Shown: piece by piece, positions 31,040 to 44,156 of the stretch
Numbering within the stretch: the stretch's first letter is position 1
Layout of the letters: the number at the start of each line of letters is the position of its first letter
From: an uncultured Chloroflexia bacterium
GTDB taxonomy: Bacteria > Chloroflexota > Anaerolineae > Anaerolineales > Villigracilaceae
DNA length: 64,000 bases
NCBI GenBank assembly: GCA_963746015.1
Contig: CAVUZS010000012.1
Location: forward strand, 3,924 to 67,923
Reading direction: 5' to 3'
Position numbers and translations under genes: made by a program
Notes under the pieces: generated by a model
What the model saw: only the letters and a program-made list of their open reading frames with translations
What the model was told of the DNA's origin: nothing
The model's database searches: none

Positions 31040-31318
31040 TTATATCCCCTGTTTGGCTGTTAGCTGTTGGCCGTTAGCGGTTAAAGTGATGCTGTCGGCC
31101 AGCCAAGCTATGAAGAGAACAGTTACCCCTGGTTCCACGCCAATGGTTTTTAGCAGTCCGGCCCTTTCGAGCACTTCGTAGCCGTTGATGGATTGACCAT
31201 GAGAACTCTCCGGCCAGTTTGGATGCCAGATAGACGGTCGCCGCGCCGGCAGTTCGGGAGGCATGAGCCCAGCGTAGGCAGTGTGGAGCGGGGCGGCCAG
31301 GAACTGTTGCTCACTCAT
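31040..31318 (-). CDS. hypothetical protein; its 3' end is built from heptamer repeats
   Basis: ORF track only. The last ~16 codons (..SITLTANGQQLTAKQGI) translate the tandem repeat at 31049-31097, so the true stop, or the gene itself, is doubtful. Confidence 0.25.
   Translation of the reverse strand: MSEQQFLAAPLHTAYAGLMPPELPARRPSIWHPNWPESSHGQSINGYEVLERAGLLKTIGVEPGVTVLFIAWLADSITLTANGQQLTAKQGI
31049..31097. repeat. heptanucleotide tandem repeat (GCNGTTR-like, 7 units)
   Basis: CTGTTTG GCTGTTA GCTGTTG GCCGTTA GCGGTTA AAGTGAT GCTGTCG in 7-nt register. Confidence 0.6.
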
Positions 31319-31357
31319 TCCAAGCAGGGACGCCAGGTCGGGTGCAGCATTCCGGGG

Positions 31358-33870
31358 TCATCCGGCGTTATTCTTTGCTTTTAAAGCACTCCAAACTTTC
31401 TCCGGCGTGACCGGGTTCCTGTCGATGTTTACGCCAACGGCGTCCAGGATGGCATTTCCGACCGCCGGGGCAACACCGTCCATCGGGATTTCCGCCACGG
31501 CCTTGACGCCGAACGGATGGGTCGGTTCGAAGGTTTCGACGAAAATGGCGGTCAGCTCGGGCATTTCGTCGGCACGGAAAATGTGGTAATGGTCGAAGTC
31601 ACGTTCACGCGCCCGGCCTTTGCCATCATAGACCATCTCTTCGCAGACGGCATACCCCAGCGCCTGGGTCATCCCGCCCTCGATCTGGCCGGAGGCCGTC
31701 AGCGGATTGACGATGACACCGCTGTCCACCGCCATGACCAGCTTATCCACGGTATAAGCGCCGGTCTGCGTATCCACGGTCACCTCGGCAAATTGGGCAG
31801 CGAAGGGCGGCGGGGAAGAAGGAGAAACGTAAGAAGCCACGCCCATGATCTGTTCCTGGTCATTGTGGTGCAAGCTGTCGAGGGCAATTTCTGCAAGGGA
31901 TATCGATCTACCATCCGGGGCAATTGCCAACCGGTTGGCGAGTTGAATGTCGGCAGGTTTTATATCAGCAACCTTTCCTTCCCCTTCCGCCTTTTGACTC
32001 GAGAAAAGGCTGGCAGCCCGGGCTTTGATCTTGTCGGCAACGATCCGGGCGGCATTGGCAACCGCCGTACCGGAAATGTACGTGGTGGACGAAGCATAGG
32101 CACCCTTATCGAAAGGCGTGAAGTCGGTGTCTGAAGAGTAAGCGATGATGTCATCCAGTGGCACACCGAGCACTTCGGCGGCCATTTGCGCCAGGACCGT
32201 ATCGGAGCCGGTCCCCAGATCCGTGGCGCCTACCAACAGGTTGAAGGAACCATCGTCATTCATTTTTATGGAGGCGCCACCCATATCCAGGTATGGGATG
32301 GCAGTGCCTTGCATGACGAGCGCGGCGCCGATGCCCTTGCGTTTTACTGTGTCACGTTTTCCGGTTTCACGCGGCATCGCTGTATGCCATGCCGCGTTCC
32401 CGTATTTCGAGTCCCAATCGATGGCTGCCTTGCCCTGCCGGACACATTCCTCCAGGCCGACGGTATGGACGATCTCGGGACGCGGCTCGCGCCCCTCGTT
32501 CCAGGCGGTGCTGAAGGGGTGGTGCTCACCGGGATGGATGGCATTCTTCAGGCGGAATTCGAGCGGGTCGAGACCGAGAGCCCGTGCGATCTTCTCCATG
32601 TGACGCTCGACCGCCCAGAACCCCTGCGGTACGCCATAGCCGCGGAATGCTCCGGCGGGCGGCGTGTTGGTGTAGACAATATCGGCATAGAACCGGATAT
32701 TGGGGGATTTCCGGTATGGCCCATCGCCAACGTACAAGGCCATGGACTTTGACCCGGTGTTACCGGTCACGGTCACGGCGTGGCAGCCGTACGCGCCGGT
32801 ATCGCTCAAGATACGCATTGCGTTGGCGGTCATGGTACCATCGCGCTTGACACCGGTTTTCATCCAGATGCGCATCGGATGGCGGGAACGCGCGGCGATG
32901 AATTCCTCTTCGCGGCTGTATTCGTAGATGACCGGGCGGCCGGTGGCGATGGTCAGGTGGGCCGCCACGTCTTCCATCAAGACTTCCTGCTTGCCGCCGA
33001 AACCGCCGCCGATCCTTGGCTTGATGACGCGGATGCGCTTAACCGGCAGCCCCAGCACCGGAGCCAGCTGCCGCCGGACGTGGAACGGAACCTGGGTGCT
33101 GGTGCGGATAACCAGGCGGTCGTCTTCGTCCCAATATGTGATCGTTACGTGCGGCTCGATATGCGCCTGCTGAACCTTGGGGACGGCGTACTCGGCCTCG
33201 AAGATTTCATCGGCTTCTGCAAAGCCTTTTTCCACGTCGCCGATGTCAATGCGGATCTCGGCGGCCAGGTTCTTCTCCGGGTTGGAATCGGCAAAGTTGA
33301 CATACTCCGGTTCGTCGTGGATGCGCGGTGCGCCGGGCTTCATGGAATCGGCCGGGTCGAGCAATGGCAGGGAGAATTTCATAGTCCACGTCGATAAGAT
33401 GCAAGGCCTGCTCGGCGATCTCGGGCGTTTCGGCGGCAACGAAGGCAACCCGGTCGCCCACGAAACGGACTTTGTTGTCCAGCGAAAAAGTATCCAGCGG
33501 GCCCGGGATCGGGTCGGATTGCCCGGCGGTGGAATAAACCACGCGCGGAATATCCTGCCAGGTCAGTACGGCGGCCACTCCGGGCAAGGCACGTGCCCGG
33601 CTGGCATCGATCCGTGTAATGCGGGCATGGGCGTGCGGCGAGTGCAGCACTTTGGCGTGCAACAACCCGCGCAATTCGATATCCGCGGTAAAGGCGGGTT
33701 TCCCCTGGGCGAGCTTGATGGCATCCACTTTCGGTTCGGGTTTGCCAACGACCTGATAAGGAGTGGTTTCCGGGGTGAGCACGATCTTTGGCGTGGTCCG
33801 GGTCAAGGTAATGGGGGATTGAGTGTCAGGTAAGATGGGATTGTCAGCGAGCAAGATGCCTTGATCACGT
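31358..33870 (-). CDS. molybdopterin-binding large subunit of a xanthine dehydrogenase/aldehyde oxidoreductase family enzyme (one frameshift; start uncertain)
   Basis: ORF 33246..34079 supplies the a/b-hammerhead region (LHAKVLHSPHAHARITRID...PGVAAVLT). ORF 31358..33448 supplies the rest, including RIGGGFGGKQE. The frames overlap at 33246-33448. Confidence 0.85.
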
Positions 33871-34382
33871 ACTCCCTGCAGAATCGGGTTCCTTTTCTCC
33901 GCGGATGACCGCGGCGGCCTGCAAAATGGCTTGGACGGGCTTGGCGTAGCCAGTGCAACGGCAAAGAACACCCGCAATGGCTTGGCGGACTTCACTTTCG
34001 GTCGGATTCGGGTTCTTATCCAGCAAGGCTTTGGCAGCCAGAATTTGCGCCGGGGTACAGTAGCCGCACTGGATGGCACCAGTCTCGATAAAGGCCAGTT
34101 GGAGAGGGTGCAGGCCGCCGGTCTTCTTCCAGCCCTGGTCGGGATGTTCGCCGAGGGCTTCGATGGTAGCGATGCGTGTGGCCTTCGGCTTGCGCGGCCA
34201 GCATAGAACCCGCATTGACCGGGCGCCCGTCCAGCAGGACGGTATCCGTACCGGCCAGCCCCTGTTCGTCGCCGAATTTGACACCATAGTAGCCGAGACT
34301 GCGCAGGGTTGTGAATAAGGTTTCGGATGGAAGGGTTTCAACTTCCTTCTCCACACCATTAATCAGTCAATTTAATGTTCAT
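33865..34382 (-). CDS. [2Fe-2S]-binding small subunit of the same enzyme (two frameshifts)
   Basis: ATG 34382 (MNIKLT..) shifts to ...NGVEKEVETLPSETLFTTLR (ORF 34016..34354), then to IATIEALG...QCGYCTPAQ...CRCTGY (ORF 33865..34359). Confidence 0.85.
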
Positions 34383-34383
34383 A

Positions 34384-34968
34384 TTACCTCTTGGATTTCC
34401 TGTATTTCGTGACCGGCTGGGGAACAAAGTGCGCGATCAAGCCGGCTGCTCCTGCCAGCAGCAACCCAAGCGCGGCCACAAATATCCATTGGATGAGTGA
34501 AAGCAAAGCCAGGTATGAAGTATAAAATTCGGGCAGAGTCCACGTGACGAGGATACCATTAACCGCGAAACTGACCAGGATGGGTAAAGCCAGCAGGTAG
34601 ATGGTGAGAAACACAAAGCCCAGCGAAGTCTCCGCAGCCCTGCGCGGGCCCGCCTGGAAGGCATGCATACGCAGCATCGAAACCAGCCAGCCAATGACCA
34701 GCGCTATGGAAGCAGTGACAGCCGTGTAGGTGATAAGCCAGGTCTGGCTCTCGACAGAACTTAAAGAATATGTCCGCCCATCCAGGATGGCATAGCGGAA
34801 ATTAAATACCAGTACGTAGACCAGCGCGCCGCCTGCCAGCCAGAGGATCTTCTTTTTCCCGCTGATGACGAGTAGATAAGGCTGGCAAAACCGCCAGGGT
34901 GATCGCAGCCAGGTTACGCCAGACGCGCTCGCTGACAAGGCGGTTGGCGCGGGCGCTATCAATGGCAA
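34384..34968 (-). CDS. hypothetical integral membrane protein
   Basis: About 5 hydrophobic helices. The N-terminus is uncertain and may be frameshifted (see ORF 34802..35035). Confidence 0.4.
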   Translation of the reverse strand: MPLIAPAPTALSASASGVTWLRSPWRFCQPYLLVISGKKKILWLAGGALVYVLVFNFRYAILDGRTYSLSSVESQTWLITYTAVTASIALVIGWLVSMLRMHAFQAGPRRAAETSLGFVFLTIYLLALPILVSFAVNGILVTWTLPEFYTSYLALLSLIQWIFVAALGLLLAGAAGLIAHFVPQPVTKYRKSKR

Positions 34969-34985
34969 TTACGTATGAAAAAGGA

Positions 34986-37849
<2,864 letters not shown>

Positions 37850-37951
37850 AATGAAAATCCTTCACAACCTCTGAATTCTCGAAGAATAGGGCGAGAATTT
37901 TAGCGCTGTCTCCAGGGACGGTGGAGTCGAGGAATAAAATATTTGAGGAAA

Positions 37952-40308
37952 TCATTCAGATTTTGACTGGTCGAAAAAAGAACTTTGCTGAGATATTTTT
38001 ACAAAACCGCTTTTTCTAGTGATTAAACCTGCAAATTCAAGCCAATTGGCCAACACTTTGCTCCGCCAATTCCAAGTTTCATTAGTAAATGCCATTTCTC
38101 CTAGGACCGTTCGTAATATATCTTGATGCTTTTGTTTTTTAGTGGATGATTTAACTAAAGTTAAATAGCGTTGGATAGTAGGTAGGGTAAGTAAGAAATC
38201 TCTAATTATTTGTGGTCGCATAAGATCATTGTCTCTGAAAGTTTGACCTAATTCAGTTAATAGATAATAGCGCTCATCGTCGTAAGTCTGTAAAATACCC
38301 ATTCGTAAGCAATCTAACGATATTTTGTAGCTCAGGTTTGCCCTTTCAACCAACTTGCTTGTTTTAATAGAATTGAGAAATACTACGATCTCCGACGTAT
38401 AAATTGATGGGAGAAATGTGTCGGAATCAAGCAATTTGGATCTAGTTGTTCCGAGTGCCTTATTATTTTCGCCAATTATCTGCCCAGGCTTTATCAACCC
38501 TACGAACCTTAGCCAACTTGTAAAAGTTCTCGCATAATTTTGCCAACTTCTATCAGATATTTCCAAGATAGGTAACCCGTTCTTGAGGTATTCAATAAGT
38601 TGTTCAAGGGTTATTTTTTCCTGTGTAGCCATTGTGTTTAATAATCTGTTAACCAAGCCATTTCTTTTCCAGACCCTATCTCTTATTAATGTATCTAACT
38701 CGCCTTTTTGGTAAGATTCGATTGCATCTTTGTCAATTATTAATTGCCCTCTGACGGTTTCAATAAAACCAAGCACCCTCAATTCTCTTAACACATTTTG
38801 CATTGTTTGATGTGTAATAGTCGAGAAGTTTTCACTTAATTCTTTTACAGTACTATATTCATGTTCAACAATTGCGACAAGAGTTTTGTGTGTAGTCGTC
38901 GGAGAACTTCGAAAAACAAATTTTGACGATAAAGGGACCTCTCCGGTCTTAAGATATTCTTTAAACACATCATTGTAAGTGTCATATGTTCGGCCAATCA
39001 ACCTGATTAATCTTTGATCTTGTAAAAGCTTTAGCTTAGTCGCCAATTCTTTCCCATCAAATTTTAGGGATAGTTCGTCTAATGTGGCAGGTAAATATTT
39101 GGCAACCTCTTTTAAAAATTCTTTGTCGATAATTTCAAGACTTGCTAAATCCTCTTCGAACAAATCTTCAAGTTTTATACCATTTTGAATGAGTTCTTCT
39201 TGTGTTAGTCCTTTATTCTTGATTGTTTCGAGTATATGTGCCCCAACCCGTTTACACAACCAAGGAAAACCTGATGCAGCAAACTCTAAGGCGACTTTCT
39301 GCAATTCTGTTTTGATAGGCTGATTTAACTCGGTTTCAAGGTGTGAGAGGAGCTCTTTCGCTTCATTTCTTGAGAAATCCTTTAGTTCAACACTTTTTGA
39401 CAAACTCTGTAACCTTGGTAAATCTAATTCAACGCGGTCATCATATGTTGTGGGTTGGTCATTGCGACGCGCTAAACAAAAAACAACATTTTTAGTTTCA
39501 TGTGTAATACGTATTACTAAATCTAAAAAATACGCAAATAAATCAGGTTTTTGAAATAGGCTTTCGAATTGGTCAACAAAAATTAATCCAAGGTACCCTT
39601 GCTGTTTAAGTTTCAGATCTAAGTTCGCAAACTGCTCTAAAACAGATTTTGTATCTGGCGGAATTGCATCTGGAAATCCTATAACATCTTTGCAGCTTTC
39701 TAGGAAATTCTGTATTAATGCAAGTAAGTCAACCGTACTTCTAAAATTCCGTGCATCTTCGAAGACCATACAACTTTTTAATTGTAAAGTGTCTTGCAAT
39801 TTTAGGAGAAATGAGCTTTTTCCAACTCCGCTAGGACTAAGCGCTTGATATATTCGAATGCCAGTCTCGCCGTTATTAACACCCTGAATAAAACCTAAGA
39901 AATCGTCTATTTGTTTTGATCTTCCAATAAAAAAATGTGGCGGGGCAGGCAGTTTATATTCAAACCAACTTGCTCCTTCGGGCCCTGGACCTATTGGCCC
40001 AGCAGGAATATCAAGGATGGAAGCAAATGTGCCCCTTTCTTTTAAAAAACTCAGCTCTTTTAATTCATCAATCTGCAATTTTAATTTTTCGCCTATATCT
40101 GAGATGAAATTTCCGCCTTTGTCTAACAAGCAAAATGCCTTTGGGCGGGTTTCATTCAGGCGAACTAAAAGTTGAATAAAGAAATTCCCTCTATCGCTTA
40201 TTAGAAGATGTGTATCGCCAGCTTTATTCTGGAATTTGTTTTGTGACTTTTTCTTAATATCACTTATTGATGGATAATTTATTTCGACAAGCCTATCAAA
40301 TATTTGTT
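37952..40308 (-). pseudogene. C-terminal 782 codons of an IS-disrupted Mrr-like nuclease/P-loop NTPase gene
   Basis: The frame stays open from 40330 down to 37952, but contains no ATG, GTG or TTG before TTG 40129. It carries FIGRSKQIDDFL...ALSPSGVGKSSFLL (Walker A) and GLIFVDQFESL (Walker B), then ~450 aa of helical/winged-helix-like sequence. Confidence 0.8.
40300..40308. repeat. target-site duplication ATATTTGTT (left copy)
   Basis: Identical 9-mer at 41504-41512, immediately outside the IS inverted repeats. Confidence 0.85.
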
Positions 40309-41503
40309 CTAGCCACCCGACAGTTTGATGTCATAGGTAGGTACAAAGCGGAACAGAGATAGAAAAGGCATTGGTCAATCTCCTTTGGATATAGCGCAGG
40401 CCGATCTGGAAAATGCTTAAATCGCGGCGGTCATTCCGATCGACCAGGTGTCGCAAGCCTTGATGAATGGTACGTCCGCCGACAGAAATCAACCAGACAT
40501 ACAAGATGGCCACCGCGAGTGTCAGGCGAGAGAGACGCAAGAAATCACGTAACATCGTACTTTCCAAATCGAAGCCATGTTTTTTGAAGTCGGCGTGCAT
40601 TTCTTCGCACCACATCCTGAGCCGGTAATACTTCAAAGCCATCTTGTGGTCGGGCAGGTTAGTGGCTAAACACCAGGGTTCTTCTTCACCGGTTTTCCAG
40701 TAGATCAGCAAGTTGGTTGGATAGATTTCGCTGGAGGTCAGGTAGCCAGCACCGAGCCAGTAGCTTTCACCGGCCTCGTGAACGAATCTGCCGAACGGCT
40801 TCCACTCGTTGTATTGGTTCAACCAGACACAGGTATCTGATTTTTGGCGTAAAACATAGAACCAGGGCCATTGATCGAGCCATTTCAGGACTTCCACCGA
40901 GCCAAATTCGCAGTCACCGACCAGAAAAACGGCTGCACCGACAGGTAAGAGCTTCCTGATATAGTTCAGCAAGGCCAATTGCTTGAAGGCACTGCTGTGT
41001 CCACGAACATGGCTGACCCAAGTCCATGCAATCGGGATCGCCCGTTTTCGATATGCCAGACTGACCATGAGCAACTGATGCCCAAAACCAACTTTCGTAC
41101 CATCCACGATCAGATGGATATCTCTCAAACAACGCCATTGCGCTTCCAGCCATTGGTGTGCAATCGGCTCATACCATTCTCGAACATTGACTGCCGGGTT
41201 GTCCAAGAAACGGCTCAGGCGACGAGCAATGCTCACCAACTTCGCCGGCCCAGGGATCTTTCCGGCTATTCTGCTCAAATAGACCGAGTGACTTTGGTAG
41301 ATCCCTACAATCAGCCAGACAAAGTTCCGTTGCTGGGTAATTCTTTGGTTTGGCCGCAATTCACAAATTCGTCGCATCCAAGTATGATAGAGTTCGTTGA
41401 TCGGCATTCCGCATCTCCAAGTATTCGGTTTCGTGGTAGGAACCTAATTTACTCGGTTTTGCTTGCCGATCAACATCTTTTTACAAAACTGTCAGGTGGC
41501 TAG
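40309..41503 (-). mobile_element. IS4-family insertion sequence (1195 bp)
   Basis: Terminal inverted repeats are CTAGCCACCCGACAGTTT (40309-40326) and the reverse complement of 41486-41503 (CTAGCCACCTGACAGTTT), matching at 17 of 18 positions. There is a 9-bp TSD and a single DDE transposase ORF. Confidence 0.9.
40331..41407 (-). CDS. IS4-family DDE transposase
   Basis: 358 aa. Candidate catalytic residues are in LIVDGTKV, FLVGDCEFG and WCEEMH. The IS4 signature Y-(2)-R-(3)-E-(6)-K is present as YRLRMWCEEMHADFK. Confidence 0.88.
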   Translation of the reverse strand: MPINELYHTWMRRICELRPNQRITQQRNFVWLIVGIYQSHSVYLSRIAGKIPGPAKLVSIARRLSRFLDNPAVNVREWYEPIAHQWLEAQWRCLRDIHLIVDGTKVGFGHQLLMVSLAYRKRAIPIAWTWVSHVRGHSSAFKQLALLNYIRKLLPVGAAVFLVGDCEFGSVEVLKWLDQWPWFYVLRQKSDTCVWLNQYNEWKPFGRFVHEAGESYWLGAGYLTSSEIYPTNLLIYWKTGEEEPWCLATNLPDHKMALKYYRLRMWCEEMHADFKKHGFDLESTMLRDFLRLSRLTLAVAILYVWLISVGGRTIHQGLRHLVDRNDRRDLSIFQIGLRYIQRRLTNAFSISVPLCTYL

Positions 41504-41512
41504 ATATTTGTT
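41504..41512. repeat. target-site duplication ATATTTGTT (right copy)
   Basis: See 40300-40308. Confidence 0.85.
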
Positions 41513-41894
41513 CAGATGCAATTAATTCAATTCTATCGCGTTTACCTTTTTTCAACCTTTGTATAAATTCCTTCGCATCTGGAGTTAAATCGCTCGTTGA
41601 AACAAAGAGACCTAAAGCATCTTCTGGAAAATCTTCTAAATCTAAACTGCCAACGAATTCTGACATTATCTGAGAATTGATAGCCGCTTCATAAGCTTTT
41701 GCTTGTCCGATAAGTAGCCGATTGCCGAGCTTTGCTTTGGCCTTAACATCGTATTCTTTTCCGGCTTTCTTAACTCTTAATTCAATATCTTTATAACCAA
41801 GTGAACTAACGATCTCTTTGACAAGACCTTCAAAGAGAAGACCTTTTTCATAATTAGTTTGGTGTGCCGATTGGAAGTTTACAAAAAAGAACAT
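41504..41894 (-). pseudogene. N-terminal 130 codons of the IS-disrupted gene: Mrr-cat-like PD-(D/E)xK nuclease domain
   Basis: AAGGAGG SD 5 nt upstream of ATG 41894. Motifs KGLLFEGLVKEIVSSLGY, GKEYDVKA and LLIGQAKA give the E...D...QxK pattern of Mrr-type restriction nuclease domains. Track ORF 41481..41894 reads on into the IS before stopping. Confidence 0.75.
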
Positions 41895-42189
41895 GCGACC
41901 TCCTTATCTGAAGCAAGAAACTCTCCAACAATGATGGATGTTATCGATTTGTAGTTGGTAAAGATATTACTTTGCTGGTACAGCCGCAACCTTTCTCCAA
42001 TAATTCATCAAAGTTCGCTTTTTGGCTGCCTCTGATAACCTTTCTGATATACAAGCATATCTCGTACCATACTGAACCTGAGCGTTTCACATATAGCAGG
42101 AAGGTTGTATTGAAGTAGTTTCGGATTTCAGTTCCACTCTTCTTCCAGCCAATGGAAAAATACTGGAAAGGTTAGTCAAAAAGTGACGG

Positions 42190-42945
42190 TCACAACGTGG
42201 CATCCAGGCATCTCTTTGCAAGTACAAAGGCGACTTCGCTACGATATTCGGCTGAGGCCCATTCATCGGCGGCTTCCGAGCAGGCGTTGCGAGCAGCTTC
42301 CTGCAGGCCACCGGACTCGTTCCCATCCAAAGCCAGGGTGGGAGCCGGCCCCCACCCACCGAGCGCCAGGCGTGTCCGCCCGGAGGGCCATTGCGCCAGC
42401 GCGGCGCAGACAATCGGCTTGTCGGCCGGGGTGCGGGCAACGGTCTCGAAGGCGACTTTGACATTCAGGGGAATTTCCACCTTGATGATGAGCTTGCCCG
42501 GCTGGGCACCGCCAGCCCCGAGGCGTAAAGGCAAATAATTTCCCAATGTGATTTTCTCATTGCCGGAAGCAAAAGTAACTTTGGCATCCAAGGCAAGCAT
42601 TAGCGTGCCAAAAGGGGAACGCCCGTCACACGTTACCAGCGTCCCTGCCACGGTCCCCATGGTACGCAAGTTGAGGGGCGTTTCCAGCATGATGGCTGCT
42701 TTCAGCGCTTTGACAACGTATGAGGATTCGAGCAGAGTCTGTAAGGTGGCGATCGCACCGATTTCGAGATTGTTCCCGATTTTACGGAGCTTGTCCAAGC
42801 CGAGGGCTTGCAGATCCACAACGGAGAAGGATTCACCGCTGTATTGCGTGAGTACCGTTCCGCCGCCGAGTGGACGCGTATCCGCACGCGCAAGCAGTTG
42901 CAGGGCCTCTTCCAGAGTCTGGGGACGGTAATATTGAGTAATCAT
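42190..42945 (-). CDS. FAD-binding (CoxM/XdhB-like) medium subunit of a molybdopterin dehydrogenase
   Basis: 251 aa. YYRPQTLEEALQLLA...PLGGGT matches the FAD_binding_5 pattern, with a CO-dehydrogenase flavoprotein C-terminal part. Confidence 0.82.
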   Translation of the reverse strand: MITQYYRPQTLEEALQLLARADTRPLGGGTVLTQYSGESFSVVDLQALGLDKLRKIGNNLEIGAIATLQTLLESSYVVKALKAAIMLETPLNLRTMGTVAGTLVTCDGRSPFGTLMLALDAKVTFASGNEKITLGNYLPLRLGAGGAQPGKLIIKVEIPLNVKVAFETVARTPADKPIVCAALAQWPSGRTRLALGGWGPAPTLALDGNESGGLQEAARNACSEAADEWASAEYRSEVAFVLAKRCLDATL

Positions 42946-43123
42946 AGGAATTCTCCCGGAAACGACGATGTCTTTATTATACAGCCTCCAGAGTCAACAT
43001 GGGGATTGTCTGACAATTTGGCAACCCTGATTGCATTATAATGCCTCCGACTTCTAGCAGACTATTGGAGAACCCAATGGTTGACTGTTTTTTCACCGCG
43101 AAGAAGCTAAATAGGAGACCAGC

Positions 43124-43939
43124 ATGAAAGTCGCTTTTCAAGGGGAACCGGGTGCTTTTTCCGAAGAGGCAAGCAGCGGTTATTTTGATACGCCGGAAAC
43201 CGTACCTTGTGAGACATTCGAAGCGGTTTTCTCGGCGGTGACCTCCGGGCAATGCGATTTTGGACTGATACCAATCGAGAATTCCCTGGCGGGAAGCATC
43301 CACCAGAACTATGACCTGCTCCTGCAAAACAACTTATATATCGTGGGCGAATATTTCCTGCGTGTCAGGCATTGCCTGATCGGCTTCCCGGGTGTGACCA
43401 AACCGGAGATAAGACAGGTGATCAGCCATCCCCAGGCACTCGGTCAATGCGCCGGTTACCTACGCGGCATGGGTGTAAAGACCGAGCCTGTCTACGATAC
43501 TGCCGGGAGCGTAAAAATGCTCAAGGCTTCCGGCGAGTATACAACTGCGGCGATCGCCTCCCGCAAGGCGGCGGAAATCTACGGGATGCAAATCTTGCAG
43601 GAAGGAATCGAGGACAACCCGGAAAACTATACACGTTTCCTGGCGATTGCAGCCTCGCCGGTGACGCCACCTGGCGAGGCGAAGACATCCCTCGTGTTTA
43701 TTTTGAAAAACCAGCCGGGCGCTTTGTTCAAGGCGTTGAGCGTATTCGCATTGCGCGAGATCGACCTGACCAAAATCGAGAGCCGTCCGCTGGCGGGGAA
43801 GCCCTGGGAGTACCTGTTCTATATCGACTTCATCGGCGGCGTGCATGAAGAGCGGGTCAAGAAAGCCCTCGACCACCTTGGGGAATATGCCTTGATGCTG
43901 CGGGTGTTTGGCTCGTACCTGCGCGCCAATCGCGCGTAG
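43124..43939 (+). CDS. pheA: prephenate dehydratase (PDT plus ACT domain)
   Basis: KVAFQGEPGAFSEEA..., TRFL, and ACT-domain TKIESRPL. Confidence 0.9.
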   Translation: MKVAFQGEPGAFSEEASSGYFDTPETVPCETFEAVFSAVTSGQCDFGLIPIENSLAGSIHQNYDLLLQNNLYIVGEYFLRVRHCLIGFPGVTKPEIRQVISHPQALGQCAGYLRGMGVKTEPVYDTAGSVKMLKASGEYTTAAIASRKAAEIYGMQILQEGIEDNPENYTRFLAIAASPVTPPGEAKTSLVFILKNQPGALFKALSVFALREIDLTKIESRPLAGKPWEYLFYIDFIGGVHEERVKKALDHLGEYALMLRVFGSYLRANRA

Positions 43940-43982
43940 CGCCCCGCGATAATTCAACGTCTAGACAATGATCCAAAAAACC

Positions 43983-44010
43983 TTGACTTAATTCCAGTTG
44001 TGCATATAAT
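43983..44010 (+). promoter_or_regulatory. near-consensus sigma70 promoter of the ilv leader
   Basis: TTGACT (43983-43988), a 16-nt spacer, then TATAAT (44005-44010). Confidence 0.6.
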
Positions 44011-44031
44011 TTGGCGAAATATCCAAAGGCT

Positions 44032-44133
44032 ATGAACATTATTCTGTCATCCCTTCTGCTGGTCGTTCTTATTGCGGTCCTTATTATTAAGGACCTAAAC
44101 GTGGTTGGGATGGCCGAGGTGAAAGTCGAGTAG
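44032..44133 (+). CDS. candidate Ile/Leu/Val-rich leader peptide (33 aa) of the ilv-leu operon
   Basis: My own translation: MNIILSSLLLVVLIAVLIIKDLNVVGMAEVKVE. 19 of 33 residues are I, L or V. It sits between the promoter and the terminator hairpin upstream of ilvD. The SD is weak (AAAGG, 2 nt from the ATG). Confidence 0.5.
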   Translation: MNIILSSLLLVVLIAVLIIKDLNVVGMAEVKVE

Positions 44134-44156
44134 ACACACCTGATCGTAGCAAATAG

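Noticed and set aside
37850-37951. Inverted repeat AATTCTCG-n10-CGAGAATT between the NTPase gene and the nuclease gene, considered as a terminator or C-box.
   Set aside because: No U-tract follows on the transcribed (minus) strand, and no controller (C) protein gene is present. There is not enough evidence to call a function.
42087-42538. ORFs 42087..42464 (-) and 42183..42461 / 42197..42538 (+) at the FAD-subunit locus.
   Set aside because: They are alternative-frame or antisense shadows of the well-supported FAD-binding subunit gene 42190..42945.
42977-43327. 116-aa minus-strand ORF overlapping the pheA start, and a TTGGCA...TATAAT pair near 43018-43041.
   Set aside because: The ORF is antisense to the conserved pheA N-terminus. 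The putative promoter has only a 13-nt spacer, so I do not call it.
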